Positions 36,192 through 49,232 of a stretch of DNA of 64,000 bases are shown here, piece after piece. Each line of letters opens with the position of its first letter. Positions within the stretch are counted from its first letter, which is position 1. The position numbers and the translations under genes are program-made. The notes under the pieces were generated by a model. The model was not told where the DNA came from. It ran no database searches and saw only the letters and a list, made by a program, of their open reading frames with translations. The stretch is from Octopus bimaculoides (Eukaryota), in assembly GCF_001194135.2 (NCBI RefSeq), contig NC_068986.1, forward strand, positions 105,698,361 to 105,762,360, given 5' to 3'.

Positions 36192-37411
36192 CAGTGGTTG
36201 GACAAAATAATAGTAGCACCATAGCATCATAACTTTCAAATATCTGTAAAACCGCCAAAAGCTTGTTTATTTTTATGTTTTTTGATTTATTGTTAGTGTT
36301 AATACGTTTTGCTAAAATTGCTGTTTCTTTTCAGATATACTCATGTAACTAAAATTCATGAAAATGACAGATCTATCGGACTTTCAAACAAGTCAAATTG
36401 TTGGTACTCGTATGGCAGGCGCTAGCGTACCGAAAACAGCCGAAATGTTTGATGTATAAAGACGTACTGTCTCGAAAGTAATGACAGTCTTTAAGAAAGA
36501 TGGAAATAACCTCCTCTAAAAAATACTCCGGAAGAAAATCAAAACTTTCGGATAGGGACCGTCGGACTCTTACGCGAATTGTTAGAAACGATCACAGATG
36601 TACAGCTCCAAAATTACTGCAGAGCTTAATGAACACCTCAAGAAACCAGTTTCCACGAAAACTGCTCGCTGGGAGCTGCACAAAGCCGGATTTCAGGGAA
36701 GGGCTGCAGTCAGTAAACAACTACTTCCAAAAATAAACGTTGCAAAGTGTTTTGAGTGGAGCAGAACCTACAGAATTGGTCCCTAGAGCAGTGGAAGAAT
36801 GTTATTTTCTCGGACAAGTCATCCTTTACCTTATTTCCGACCACCGGCCGAGTATACGCGTGAAGACAGTCAAAAGAAGCATCTAACCTTGATTGCCTTC
36901 TTCCAACTGTTAAACATGGAGGATCTGTGATGACCTGGGGGTCTATATCTTGGAAATCCGCCGGTCCAATCGTTTCCCTTCATAGCAGAATTAATCTGAT
37001 CAAATTCATCCTATGGTTGCGGAATTATATTCAGAAGGAAAAGCAATCTTTCAGGATGATAATGCACCTATTCACACAGCTAAAGTTGTTACTGAATGGC
37101 ATGAGGAACATTATAGTGAAATTGAACATCTTATCTGGCCACCACAGTCCCCAGATCTCAATATTATTGAACATTTATGGTGCAATTTAGAGAAACAAGT
37201 AAGGCGTCGATATCCTGCACCATCGTCACAACAAAAACTGGAGACTCTTTTAATTGAAGAATGAACAAAAATTCCTTCGGAAACAAAACTTTGTACGAGT
37301 CCACACCTGGTAGAATTCATGCCGTAGTTACTGCCAAAGGCGGTTCTACTCCCTATTAAAATAAATTTGTTTGAAATTTTAAAATATTTCTATTATTTTG
37401 TCCAACCCCTG
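36192..37411 (+). mobile_element. Full-length Tc1-superfamily transposon with DD36E spacing; transposase pseudogene 36364-37359
   Basis: 22-bp TIR cagKggttggacaaaataatag with TA flanks; VIFSDKS, FQDDNAPIH, WPPQSPDLNIIEHLW; internal stops and frameshifts. Confidence 0.93.
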
Positions 37412-37504
37412 TACATATGTATGTATATCTTATATGCATATATCATATATACATATATCTATATATGTAAATATCATATGATCGTTATGTTAGATAATAG
37501 TCAT

Positions 37505-37665
37505 ATCCTCTTATAACCATCCGAAACTGCGAAGATGATCTGGAACTCGACTGAGGAAAGAAAACTCCGAATGACCCATCCTTGTATTTCCTCGTCCCTT
37601 TTTGTATCATGTCTGAATGTCTTGTTGTCACCCGTTGCGTTCTTGTTCCATTTTTTGTATTCGTG
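37505..37665 (+). repeat. Unclassified interspersed repeat F (also 40225-40355 on +, 44480-44790 on -)
   Basis: Shared tataaccatccgaaa..gaaagaaaactccgaatgac..ttgcgttcttgt. Confidence 0.65.
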
Positions 37666-38134
37666 CGTGCGTGCGTGCGTATATATATATATATATAGCA
37701 ATATTAAATTGTTGAGCGAGAAGTAAACAGTAGTAGCGCGGATCCGTGAAATATATTTGCTACCTAAACGTGGCGGACCCCTACGGGACGATGCTGCTGA
37801 TGTTTATAGCCCCAGGAAGACATCTCCTCCAGCTGGCTAATGACACACTGTTCGTTAAGTATTTTCCGAAGGGGAAAATCATCGTTCTCATCTCTGGCCT
37901 TACGTGATACACACAGACCGTCGGCCCGAGGCTATGGTAGAAGACACTTACCCAAGGTTCCACACAGTGGAACTGAACACGGGCCCATGTGGTTGAGCTA
38001 CAAGCTTCTTGCCACACAGTCACACTAAAGTTTGTAAATATGGAAAGTACGTACTCTGTTAAAAAGTACTGAGTAATCCTTTCGTTTTCTGTTGAATTAT
38101 TTTCATAGGTAACTTCACACAGAAATAAATATTT

Positions 38135-38168
<34 letters not shown>

Positions 38169-38239
38169 CTGAGACAGGGAGAACACAGAGATGGTGTACA
38201 CAAATATATGTGGTAGGTGTCTCACATACGTAATATTGA

Positions 38240-38900
38240 TTTCAAATTTTGGTACAAGGCCAGCAATTTATGGGGAGAAGATAAGTTGATTACATCGACC
38301 TCAATGATCGGTACTTAATTCATCGACCCCGAAAGGATGAAAGGCAAAGTCTAGCCTAGCAGAATTTTAACTCTGAACGTAAAGACGGACGACATACCGC
38401 TAAGCACTTTGTTCGCTGTCCTAATGATTCTTCTAACTTGTCGCCTTTCACGTACGTAATATTAAGATGTCTAAATACTTCGATAAACTCTGACTATCCA
38501 CAATAGAAAAAAAAATAAGGGAGAGAATTCCGTTAAAATCAGTTGACTGGAATTTTTGGACATTATAGGAAATAAAAGAATAAAGCAAATATGTTCCCGT
38601 CTTATTTGGCCTCCTCAGTGGAGAAAATTTTATTCTACTGGCAAGATTCCTCAACATCATGTGTGGGTGTGTGGGTGTCCAAACAATTATTTCTGCTATC
38701 GGTACAAGACCTGAAAGTTTGTTGAAGGGCGATAGTCGATTAGATCGACTTCAGTACGCAACTGGTACTTAATTTATCGACCCCGAAAGGATGAAAGGCA
38801 AAGTCGACCTCGGCGGAATTTGAACTCAGAACGTAGTGGCAGATGAAATACCTTTAAGCATTTCGTCTGGCGTGCTAATGATTCTGCCATCTCGCCGCCT
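38240..38900 (-). mobile_element. Two family B SINE copies (about 38240-38450 and 38700-38900)
   Basis: Family consensus match. Confidence 0.78.
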
Positions 38901-39417
38901 TACTGTAATCTAAATAATAAGACAAAGAAATACTTTCGCACATCTTTTAATGATCAGTTACAACTNNNNNNNNNNNNNNNNNNNNNNNNNNNNNNNNNNN
39001 NNNNNNNNNNNNNNNNNNNNNNNNNNNNNNNNNNNNNNNNNNNNNNNNNNNNNNNNNNNNNNNNNNNNNNNNNNNNNNNNNNNNNNNNNNNNNNNNNNNN
39101 NNNNNNNNNNNNNNNNNNNNNNNNNNNNNNNNNNNNNNNNNNNNNNNNNNNNNNNNNNNNNNNNNNNNNNTATATATATATATGTATGTATGTATGTGTG
39201 TGTGTGTGTGCGTGTGCGTGTGTGTGTGCGTCCAAGATCGCTGACAACCGATGGTGGTGTGTTTACGTCCCCGTAACTTTGCCGTTCGGTAAAAGGACCC
39301 GATAGAATAAGTACTAGGCTTACAAAAGAATAAGTCCTGGGGTTGATTTGCTCGACTAAAAGCGGTGCTCCAGCATGGCCGCAGTCAAATAACCGAAGCA
39401 ACTAAAAGAGAATAGAA

Positions 39418-39960
39418 GAGGGTGTTCAAAAAGTCTCTCCGCAGTAACTATTCTATTGCAGAATAAATATTTATAAGATGGTATAAGACTACAAAAGAAT
39501 ATATTAGACTTTATAAGATTTTAAAAATCTTTATAAGAGGTGTAGAAAGTGTCGTCCTTCATTTTCAATATAAGAGTTGACTCTTCTACACATGTTTTGA
39601 AATATTGGGGTGTCTGACTCAGTATGGACCGTGTGAAGGTTATGCTTGTGTATTTTACCTCATTAATGGTTTTAGGGGCGATTCTTGTACACAAAACCTT
39701 TACTTGCTCCCCAGTAAAAAAAAAAAAGTCGGTTTTAAATCAGGTGATCTTGGAGATCAAAGTCCATTTGAAAGAATCCGTTCGCCGAAAAATTCACTGC
39801 GGAGAGATGTTTTGAATAGCCTGTATTAAACATTAGAGAAACACTTGCATCAAACTGCTCTCTTGCATTGTGTACCAAACACGCTTCATATATACTTAGG
39901 TACATTCCTTCATGTCAGAAGAATGAGAAAGCAGTGCTCAAGGCATGTTGACGTGGGTGG
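39418..39960 (-). mobile_element. Tc1/mariner (maT/DD37D-like) 3' remnant
   Basis: Minus strand reads SPRSPDLKP.FF.WG.VKGFVYKNRP; terminal gagggtgttcaaaaag. Confidence 0.55.
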
Positions 39961-40166
39961 AAGAAAAAAAACTGTTTTTGTATCTTTTACATGACTCAGT
40001 CGTTAGACTGCTGTCATGCTGGAGCACTGCTTCGAATCTTAGTCGAACGAATTGATTTCAGTACCTTTACTTTAAGCCCTGTACTTATTTTATCGACTCC
40101 ACTTTGTCGAACCACAATGTTAAAGCGACGTAAACACACCAACGCTGGCGGAAAACAAAGACGCAT

Positions 40167-40227
<61 letters not shown>

Positions 40228-40365
40228 CAGAATAACCATCCGAAATTGCAAGGATAATCTGGATCTCGACTGAAGAAAGAAAACTCCGAATGACCTGTCC
40301 GTGTTTTCTTTGTATCGTCCATCTGGATATTTTGCGTTCTTGTCCCATTCTGTATTATGTGTATA

Positions 40366-40418
<53 letters not shown>

Positions 40419-41164
40419 CCACGACGAGGTTCTTTCAGTTTCCGTCTAGCAAATCCACTCATAAGATTTTGTTCGGCTCGAGGCTATAACGGAAGACACT
40501 CGCCCAAGATATCGCACAACAGAGCTGAACCCGGAACCATGTGGTTGGGGAACAAACCTCTAACAACACAGCCACCACGCCAATATAAATGCGCGTGCGT
40601 ACGTGTGTAGAATTAAGGATTGTGGTGACACTGGATATCGTTATGTCTAAGTGAAAGTGCTTCAAGAAGAGTTTTTTTCTGCATATTAATGAAGAACACG
40701 ACAGGTTCTCGCGGATCTAATATGGCGTTATATATCTTTTAACGTTTTTTGTTTGTTTGTTTGTTTTTTGTGTTACTTGTTTCAGTCATTAGACTGCGGC
40801 CATGCTGGGGGGCATCGCCTTGAAGAATTTTTAGTAGCATGAATCGATCCTAGTACTCACTGGATACTGAGATTAATGCAAGCTTTTAGAAAAAGTTCCT
40901 GGATTGTTTTGCAGTTCAAATCACGCGAAAGACGTAATACCTATTAGGGTCATAGACCGTCAGGTAGGCATAGAGACAGACAATCAGACAGGGAAGTTGT
41001 GAGATAAACAATGGACAAGACGGGCAGGCATACAGGTAGTCAGTGAGACAGACAGGCAGCTAGAAAGAGCACGACAGAACGACAGACGATATGGAAAATG
41101 GCTGTTTAGTACTCATAATGATAATGCAGAGAGAGAGAGATACATATACATACATACATACATA

Positions 41165-41382
41165 CAAGGGAGGGTTGAAAGATTTCCGTCTTTAAGGATG
41201 TCGCGAAAGGCCTGGTTCTGGGCCCAACCTTCCGAGTTCTTTTACAGGTTAGAGAAAAACTGAAGGACCGCTGCAATAAATGTGCAAATCTGAGAAGGGA
41301 ATATGTTCAATAAAATGATTAATTAATTGATCAACCTGTATTTTCTTTTACCCAAAGCCGGGAACTTTTCAGCACCGCCTTG
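41165..41382 (+). mobile_element. 220-bp mariner-type MITE
   Basis: Inverted ends with TA flanks; three copies in the window. Confidence 0.78.
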
Positions 41383-41389
41383 TAGGTAG

Positions 41390-42784
41390 GTAGACAGACA
41401 GGTAGGTAGAGAGATAGACAGGTGGAGAGGGACAGGTAGGTAGACAGGGATAGATACATGCATAAATACATAGATAGACAGATACATGCAGAGATAGATA
41501 CATACAGATAGATATACGCATGCATAGATAAACAGATATGGATAGATAGATAGATACATTTCTTTTATTAGCCATACATGCATAGATAGATAGATAGAGG
41601 CATACATACATGCATAGATAGATAGATAGAGGCATACATACATGCATAGATAGATAGATAGAGGCATACATACATGCATAGATAGATAGATAGTGGCATA
41701 CATACATGCATAGATAGATAGATAGAGGCATACATACATGCATAGATAGATAGATAGAGGCATACATACATGCATAGATAGATAGATAGAGGCATACATA
41801 CATGCATAGNNNNNNNNNNNNNNNNNNNNNNNNNNNNNNNNNNNNNNNNNNNNNNNNNNNNNNNNNNNNNNNNNNNNNNNNNNNNNNNNNNNNNNNNNNN
41901 NNNNNNNNNNNNNNNNNNNNNNNNNNNNNNNNNNNNNNNNNNNNNNNNNNNNNNNNNNNNNNNNNNNNNNNNNNNNNNNNNNNNNNNNNNNNNNNNNNNN
42001 NNNNNNNNNNNNNNNNNNNNNNNNNNNNNNNNNNNNNNNNNNNNNNNNNNNNNNNNNNNNNNNNNNNNNNNNNNNNNNNNNNNNNNNNNNNNNNNNNNNN
42101 NNNNNNNNNNNNNNNNNNNNNNNNNNNNNNNNNNNNNNNNNNNNNNNNNNNNNNNNNNNNNNNNNNNNNNNNNNNNNNNNNNNNNNNNNNNNNNNNNNNN
42201 NNNNNNNNNNNNNNNNNNNNNNNNNNNNNNNNNNNNNNNNNNNNNNNNNNNNNNNNNNNNNNNNNNNNNNNNNNNNNNNNNNNNNNNNNNNNNNNNNNNN
42301 NNNNNNNNNNNNNNNNNNNNNNNNNNNNNNNNNNNNNNNNNNNNNNNNNNNNNNNNNNNNNNNNNNNNNNNNNNNNNNNNNNNNNNNNNNNNNNNNNNNN
42401 NNNNNNNNNNNNNNNNNNNNNNNNNNNNNNNNNNNNNNNNNNNNNNNNNNNNNNNNNNNNNNNNNNNNNNNNNNNNNNNNNNNNNNNNNNNNNNNNNNNN
42501 NNNNNNNNNNNNNNNNNNNNNNNNNNNNNNNNNNNNNNNNNNNNNNNNNNNNNNNNNNNNNNNNNNNNNNNNNNNNNNNNNNNNNNNNNNNNNNNNNNNN
42601 NNNNNNNNNNNCATGCATTGATACATAGAGGCATACATACATGCATTGATACATAGAGGCATACATACATGCATTGATACATAGAGGCATACATACATGC
42701 ATTGATACATAGAGGCATACATACATGCATTGATACATAGAGGCATACATACATGCATAGATAGATAGAGGCATACATACATGC

Positions 42785-42824
<40 letters not shown>

Positions 42825-42830
42825 GGATCT
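41390..42830. repeat. Compound micro/minisatellite: 32-bp unit left of the gap, 28-bp unit right of it
   Basis: gcatagatagatagatagaggcatacatacat and gcattgatacatagaggcatacatacat. Confidence 0.9.
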
Positions 42831-43745
42831 GATTCGTCAAGTAAGTTCTGTACTGAGAAACAAGTCAATGTTCTGTAAATATGTTGTCTCGTAAAGTTTA
42901 AAACCGACTTTCATTATCGTCGTAATTGTTTATACTCGCACTACAACGGCCTTCCGTAAAGGTAAAAACATCATCTTTGACATTAATGTGTAATTAAGAG
43001 ACAACAAAACATGTCTTATGAAAGGTAATAAGTTACAAAGTTTCGTGCAAGGATAGCGAGATGTATATAAAGTTAAAAATATTGTGCTCGGTGTTCATAC
43101 TTGCTTGACAAGAGATTCCAATATCGGAAATTTTGGTAAAGAATATATGTACAATAGTAACGTAGCCACTTCTCTCGATATAACTTTATCACGACGCTGT
43201 CAGCTGAATAATATCAGCTAAACGTCATATGGTGACGAGTGTGAGAGGCAGAGGGAGAGTGTGAGAGGCAGAGGGAGAGCGTGAGAGAGAGAAATGAGAG
43301 AAAGAGGGGAGAAAAGAAGGGGAGTGTTGGTGAAAAGGTATGAGAAACGGCTGGGGAGAGAGGTGAGAGGGTGAAGAGACAAGCATAGAGAGTTGGTAGG
43401 GAAAGAGCAGCGGCAGAGACTGTGGTGGTGGTGGAGATAAGGCAGAAACGATGAGAGAGATATGTGTTAATGTGAACAGGAGGTGCTGGTTGTGGGGAGA
43501 GGAGCAATAGGAATGAAAGCAAGGTTCAAAGAAACAACAAGCATGAGAAAGAAAGAGAGGGAGGGGAAGGCATAAAAAGAAGAGCATACCGATGTATTTG
43601 ATGGTGGTGGTGGTGTTGAAAGAACTGCTTGACAAAACGGTGGGAGGAGTTGTTTATATACATGTACGAATATGTACAGATATGTATGTATTTACAGGAC
43701 ATGCACAAAGTTTTTAAACTTCAAAAATTTATGACGAAAATCTTA

Positions 43746-43966
43746 CGAGGGGGTGGGGCTGAAAAGTTCCTAGCTTTAAGGGTGTCGCGAAAGGCCTGGC
43801 TGGAGGGCCCAAACTTTCGAGTTCTTTTACAGGGCTTAGAAAAACTGAAGGACTGTTATAAATAAGTGTGTGAATCTGTGAGGGGAATATGTTGAATAAA
43901 ATCGTAATTAGCTGATCCTCCGGTATTTTCTATTATCCAAAGCCAGGAAATTTTCAGCACACTTCG
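43746..43966 (+). mobile_element. 220-bp mariner-type MITE
   Basis: cgagggggtggggctgaaaagttcc..ggaaattttcagcacacttcg. Confidence 0.8.
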
Positions 43967-43977
43967 CATATATGTAT

Positions 43978-44138
43978 ATAGGGGTGGCTGTGTGGTAAGT
44001 AGCTTACTTAACAACTACATGGTTCTGGGTTCATTCCCACTGCGTAGCACCTTGAGCAAGTGTCTTCTACTATAGTCATCGGGCCGACCAAAACCTTGTG
44101 AGTGGATTTAGTAAACGGAAAACTGAAATAAGCCCGTC

Positions 44139-44221
<83 letters not shown>

Positions 44222-44410
44222 TAACATCGCTTGACAACCGATGCTGGTGTGTTTACGTCCTCGTAACTTAGCGGTTCAGCAAAAAAGACGGATAGAATAA
44301 GTACTAGGCTTCCAAAGAATAAGTCCTGGGGTCGATTTGCTCGACTAAAGGCGGTGCTCCAGCATGGCTACAGCCAAATGACTGAAACAAGTAAAAGACT
44401 AAAGAGTATA
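43978..44410 (+). mobile_element. SINE family A, full length, internal (GT)n
   Basis: Family consensus match. Confidence 0.9.
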
Positions 44411-45234
44411 TATATATATATATATATATGCATATATCCATACACATATGTACGTACCTACATATATATGTATATATACATGCATATATGGGTACAGGAC
44501 ATCAAAAAAACGTTGAACAAAATGAGAAACGAAAACATAGAAAACGCACTTCTTTTCGAACAACGAAAAAAAAACAGAGAAACGAGACATGCAACATAAA
44601 GAGTATACCCCTTCGTCAGTTGTCCCTGTTTCATCGACTCCGCGAGACAAGAACGCAAAACATCCAGACAGTTCGGTGATACAAGAAAGGGACAACAAAA
44701 CATCCAGATAGACGATACAAAGAAAACAAGGACATGTCATTCGGAGTTTTCTTTCATCATCCAATTTGCAATTTCGGCTGGTTATACTCGATATTGCTCC
44801 AATCTGGCCAGCCCCAAGGAAAAACTAAGCTAAGAGGATTAGATTCCTTGGAAGAAAGCAGCGAATGTATACGAAAACAGGTCAGACAAAAAAACGAACA
44901 ATGTTACACAAATACAATAAGAATAATAACAGGACATAACAACAGGTGTCCTTCGACTAAGGACGAATTAAATTAAGCTGGCGTGTGTGGAAATAAAGCT
45001 TTACAGCAGGGATACAAGATTTCACAAGCACAGGGAGGAATAACGATGTTGCACGCACAACGGCCAGCCAAGAAAGAAAGATCAAGCTTGGCCTAACGCC
45101 GGTCACGTGGGAAGAGAAGAGAGAGAGATATATATAGAGGCAAAGGGACAAAAGAATTAAGGTGGGCGAGAAAAAATGACAGGGACACAGTGAAGTGAAA
45201 AATGGAGGGAAAGTGAACAAGAAAAGAAGGCTAT

Positions 45235-45435
45235 ATTTTTAAATAAGCTGAAAGCTTATAACGATCACCGTGGAATGACTAAGGAAATTAGTCTAATAAA
45301 GGGGCATATAAGCCCTTGACAGAAAAAAAAGGCTTTCCTAGCCTTTTTTCTGTCGAGGGCTTATATACCCCTTTATTAGACTTTTTCCTTAGTCATTACA
45401 CAGTGATCGTTATAAGCTTTAAGCTTATATAAAAT
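45235..45435. repeat. Fold-back palindrome, about 200 bp
   Basis: aaagcttataacgatcac..aaggct-ttcct-agcctt..gtgatcgttataagcttt. Confidence 0.88.
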
Positions 45436-45439
45436 ACCA

Positions 45440-45526
45440 TTATTATTTACATTATTTACATTTGACGAATATTTGTTCTCACATTGTTAACACAACGTTT
45501 CGCCTGATATAACCTCCGGCCTTCAT
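45440..45526 (-). mobile_element. Family E 3' fragment truncated inside the hammerhead core
   Basis: AUGAAGGCCGGAGGUUAUAUCAGGCGAAACGUUGUGUU plus the family E tail. Confidence 0.7.
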
Positions 45527-46300
45527 AATTCCTCATCTCTTAAATATGGAACTGTATTGCCATTATTATTGTTTACAGGATTGTAAATCACAGCGCCGTA
45601 ATAGAAAAAAAAAACATTCGCACCGAAAGCATATATGTAATAAATGAAAAAATTCATAATAAATAAACGCCAGATTAAAAAACATATGGATTCAACCGGA
45701 CGCTGAGGGTCCTTAATTCTTCATCAGTTGACAACGGACAACATAGTTGGTCGTCCTACCATTCCATAGTTGACCCTGACAGACTTCAGCCACATCCCTG
45801 CTGTATTCTTGCGATAATCTTTTCTTTGTAAAATTACGTTTCATTTGATGACTACGGTCTTTTGTAATGGAGTAATGTTCTCATTCTTCTATTAAAAATA
45901 TGCAAAAGAAACAGCTGTAATGAGCTGACAATTATCCATCGTCTGCTATTATTCATTTGAAAATACACCAAGGGAATTTACGACTTGTCGGACACCCTAG
46001 AGTATACCAACAACGTACAATTCAAAGTAACGCATGACTTGGACCATTTCCTTACGCACTAAATACTCATAGGGTTGGTTTCTCTGCGTACACAACCGAA
46101 ATATCCTGATATTTTGACTTACCAACCATAGGCCAAAACCACGAAGATTATCCAGCCCTGCCTGGTGCATACCTTTTCAAGTACCTGATTCCATCCGAGT
46201 CCGCATTTCACTATACGTTTATGTGCGTGTGTGTGTATACAGCTGTCACTAAAGCGATGAAAGGTACTAGTAAGCACCAGCATTACTAAAAATGGTCAGC

Positions 46301-46334
<34 letters not shown>

Positions 46335-46843
46335 CAAATTAAAACATAGGGTAAAAAATCAGATATTAATTAATATCGATTTATTACCAGGAAGCTAGCA
46401 CATTTAAAGAATCAGAGAGATTCAGAAAAAATATCTGAGATCTTAGGGGATTAAAGTATATTTTTATATATAATTATGACCACTAAAGTGGTCATTTAAT
46501 GTGCTAGAAATAGACCACATGTTGTGTCTACTAAGACCTTATGGTTCTCAAACGAAATTCAGCAAAATACNNNNNNNNNNNNNNNNNNNNNNNNNNNNNN
46601 NNNNNNNNNNNNNNNNNNNNNNNNNNNNNNNNNNNNNNNNNNNNNNNNNNNNNNNNNNNNNNNNNNNNNNNNNNNNNNNNNNNNNNNNNNNNNNNNNNNN
46701 NNNNNNNNNNNNNNNNNNNNNNNNNNNNNNNNNNNNNNNNNNNNNNNNNNNNNNNNNNNNNNNNNNNNNNNNNNNNNNNNNNNNNNNNNNNNNNNNNNNN
46801 NNNNNNNNNNNNNNNNNNNNNNNNNNNNNNNNNNNNNNNNAGC

Positions 46844-46877
<34 letters not shown>

Positions 46878-47253
46878 CAAATTAAAACATAGGGTAAAAA
46901 ATCAGATATTAATTAATATCGATTTATTACCAGGAAGCTAGCACATTTAAAGAATCAGAGAGATTCAGAAAAAATATCTGAGATCTCTGGGGATTAATGT
47001 ATATGTTTATATATAATTATGACCACTAATGATCACGCTCGGACGGTACTCTTAGCGCTCCACTGGCACAGGTGCCAATCATCGAATTTGGTTCAGTCAC
47101 GATTGGATACAAATCAATTTATTAACATATTCACCAACAATCGTTTCATTTCACAATTAAGATTAATTATTACAAAACGTATGTAGATATATAATCTTGC
47201 ATTTTAAGTACCCTATCAGGAAAACCCTCATGGTGCTCAGAGAATAATAAGGA

Positions 47254-47301
<48 letters not shown>

Positions 47302-48469
47302 TCTGTATATTCCGAAAGTATCCTAATGATACTCATTGTCCTTTGAACATCATAATGATTTTCTTTATAAGGAATTTAAAGTACAAAATGATATATCTAG
47401 ATATGTTTTTTCCTTATAAGGAATTTAAAGTGCAAAATGATATATCTAGATATGTTTTGGAATTTTAATCTTATTGGTGGAACAAAACAATTGTTGATAA
47501 TTCATTCATTTGTAGCTAACAGATCTCTCTTCTAAATCGATAAAAATGTTTGATATCTTACAATATTCTATATAATATATTCATTGAAGAATTATCTCTT
47601 CAAAATTTAATATATTAAACCAGCGTATCTTGGATAAATGTCCCTATAAGTGGTTGGAATATCTTTATTGTGACATATATATGGTTCATTTATACAGAAA
47701 TCGAAAGACAAATGAAGGAACAACAAGCAGATGTATTAGTTCGACTATTTAACCGATTTTACTTTTTCTGGCAAAACTAATACTGCGTGGGAAATATCCT
47801 TTGGGTTGGAGTTGACGCCCCACTTCCGCTACCTGCATGAACATTTTCGCGCCGGTAGGCCGCGTCAGTTCCCGACTGCTGTGCCTAGAGTACAGACCTG
47901 TAGTGCGTGATCGGCTGCTTTTCGTTCACACCGAACAGAGATATTCCATAAAACTTGGCTGTTTTTTTTTTCTTTACCAGCCTCTGCTTTTGTAGGAATC
48001 GAACCCTGGAGCTGCCGCATTAGTGAACCAATTTAGCATCAAATTCAGCCTTCTGCCTCTCGTGAATTTGGCTACAAGATACTTAAAATTCTTTATTTGT
48101 TTCAGTGATGATCCGCTAACATGCAGAACGCAAGTTAGACTGGAGATCAATATACCAAGTTTTCGCTGTTATCAACAGCATTACCACTCCTACCACCATC
48201 TCCACCATTATCTTCACTATCACACCTATTGTCATTGTTCTCGCGACTATCATAAAACGTTATCAACTACAACAAAGCACAATGAACCATTGTGGTGTAC
48301 CTCTACCTAGCGGTGTGGTACCCGAGAAATAACAGTCCAGTTTCCCTCAGATTACACCTAACTGCCTCGAAGTAACGCTTGTTGGTACTGGCAACTCAAG
48401 CGAATCGCTCAAGGTTTCACATGCTTGAAGACGTCACGTCATGTGTTTAGGGAACTTCAAAATAAAAGG

Positions 48470-48800
48470 GAGGAGGCGTGTCTGTGTGGTTAGAAGCTTG
48501 TTTCCTAACCACATGGTTCCGGGTTCAGTCCCACTGCATGGCACCTTGTGCAAGTGTCTTCTGCTATAACCTCGGTTCAACCAGAGATTTGAGAGTGGAT
48601 TTGGTTGACGGAGACTAAAAGCCCATCGTGTGTGTGTGTGTGTGGTAAAAGGCTTGCTTCCCAACAACGTAGTTCCGGGTTCAGTCCCACTGTGTGGCAC
48701 CTTGGGCAAGTATCTTCTATAACCTCGGCTTTGGTCGACGGAAACTGAAAGAAGCCCGTCGTATATATGTATATGCATGTGTATATATATGTGTGTGTAT
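48470..48800 (+). mobile_element. Two tandem left halves of SINE family A
   Basis: Head/CORE-like segment repeated at about 48475 and 48640. Confidence 0.75.
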
Positions 48801-49232
48801 GTATATANNNNNNNNNNNNNNNNNNNNNNNNNNNNNNNNNNNNNNNNNNNNNNNNNNNNNNNNNNNNNNNNNNNNNNNNNNNNNNNNNNNNNNNNNNNNN
48901 NNNNNNNNNNNNNNNNNNNNNNNNNNNNNNNNNNNNNNNNNNNNNNNNNNNNNNNNNNNNNNNNNNNNNNNNNNNNNNNNNNNNNNNNNNNNNNNNNNNN
49001 NNNNNNNNNNNNNNNNNNNNNNNNNNNNNNNNNNNNNNNNNNNNNNNNNNNNNNNNNNNNNNNNNNNNNNNNNNNNNNNNNNNNNNNNNNNNNNNNNNNN
49101 NNNNNNNNNNNNNNNNNNNNNNNNNNNNNNNNNNNNNNNNNNNNNNNNNNNNNNNNNNNNNNNNNNNNNNNNNNNNNNNNNNNNNNNNNNNNNNNNNNNN
49201 NNNNNNNNNNNNNNNNNNNNNNNNNNNNNNNN

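Noticed and set aside
45685-45735. CUGAUGA followed by a GGAC/GUCC stem on the minus strand
   Set aside because: No GAAA at the required position and an extra insert.
46291-47030. About 200-bp duplication on both sides of the 46571-46840 gap
   Set aside because: The copies flank a gap and differ by a few substitutions, the pattern of uncollapsed alleles or overlapping contig ends; likely an assembly artefact.
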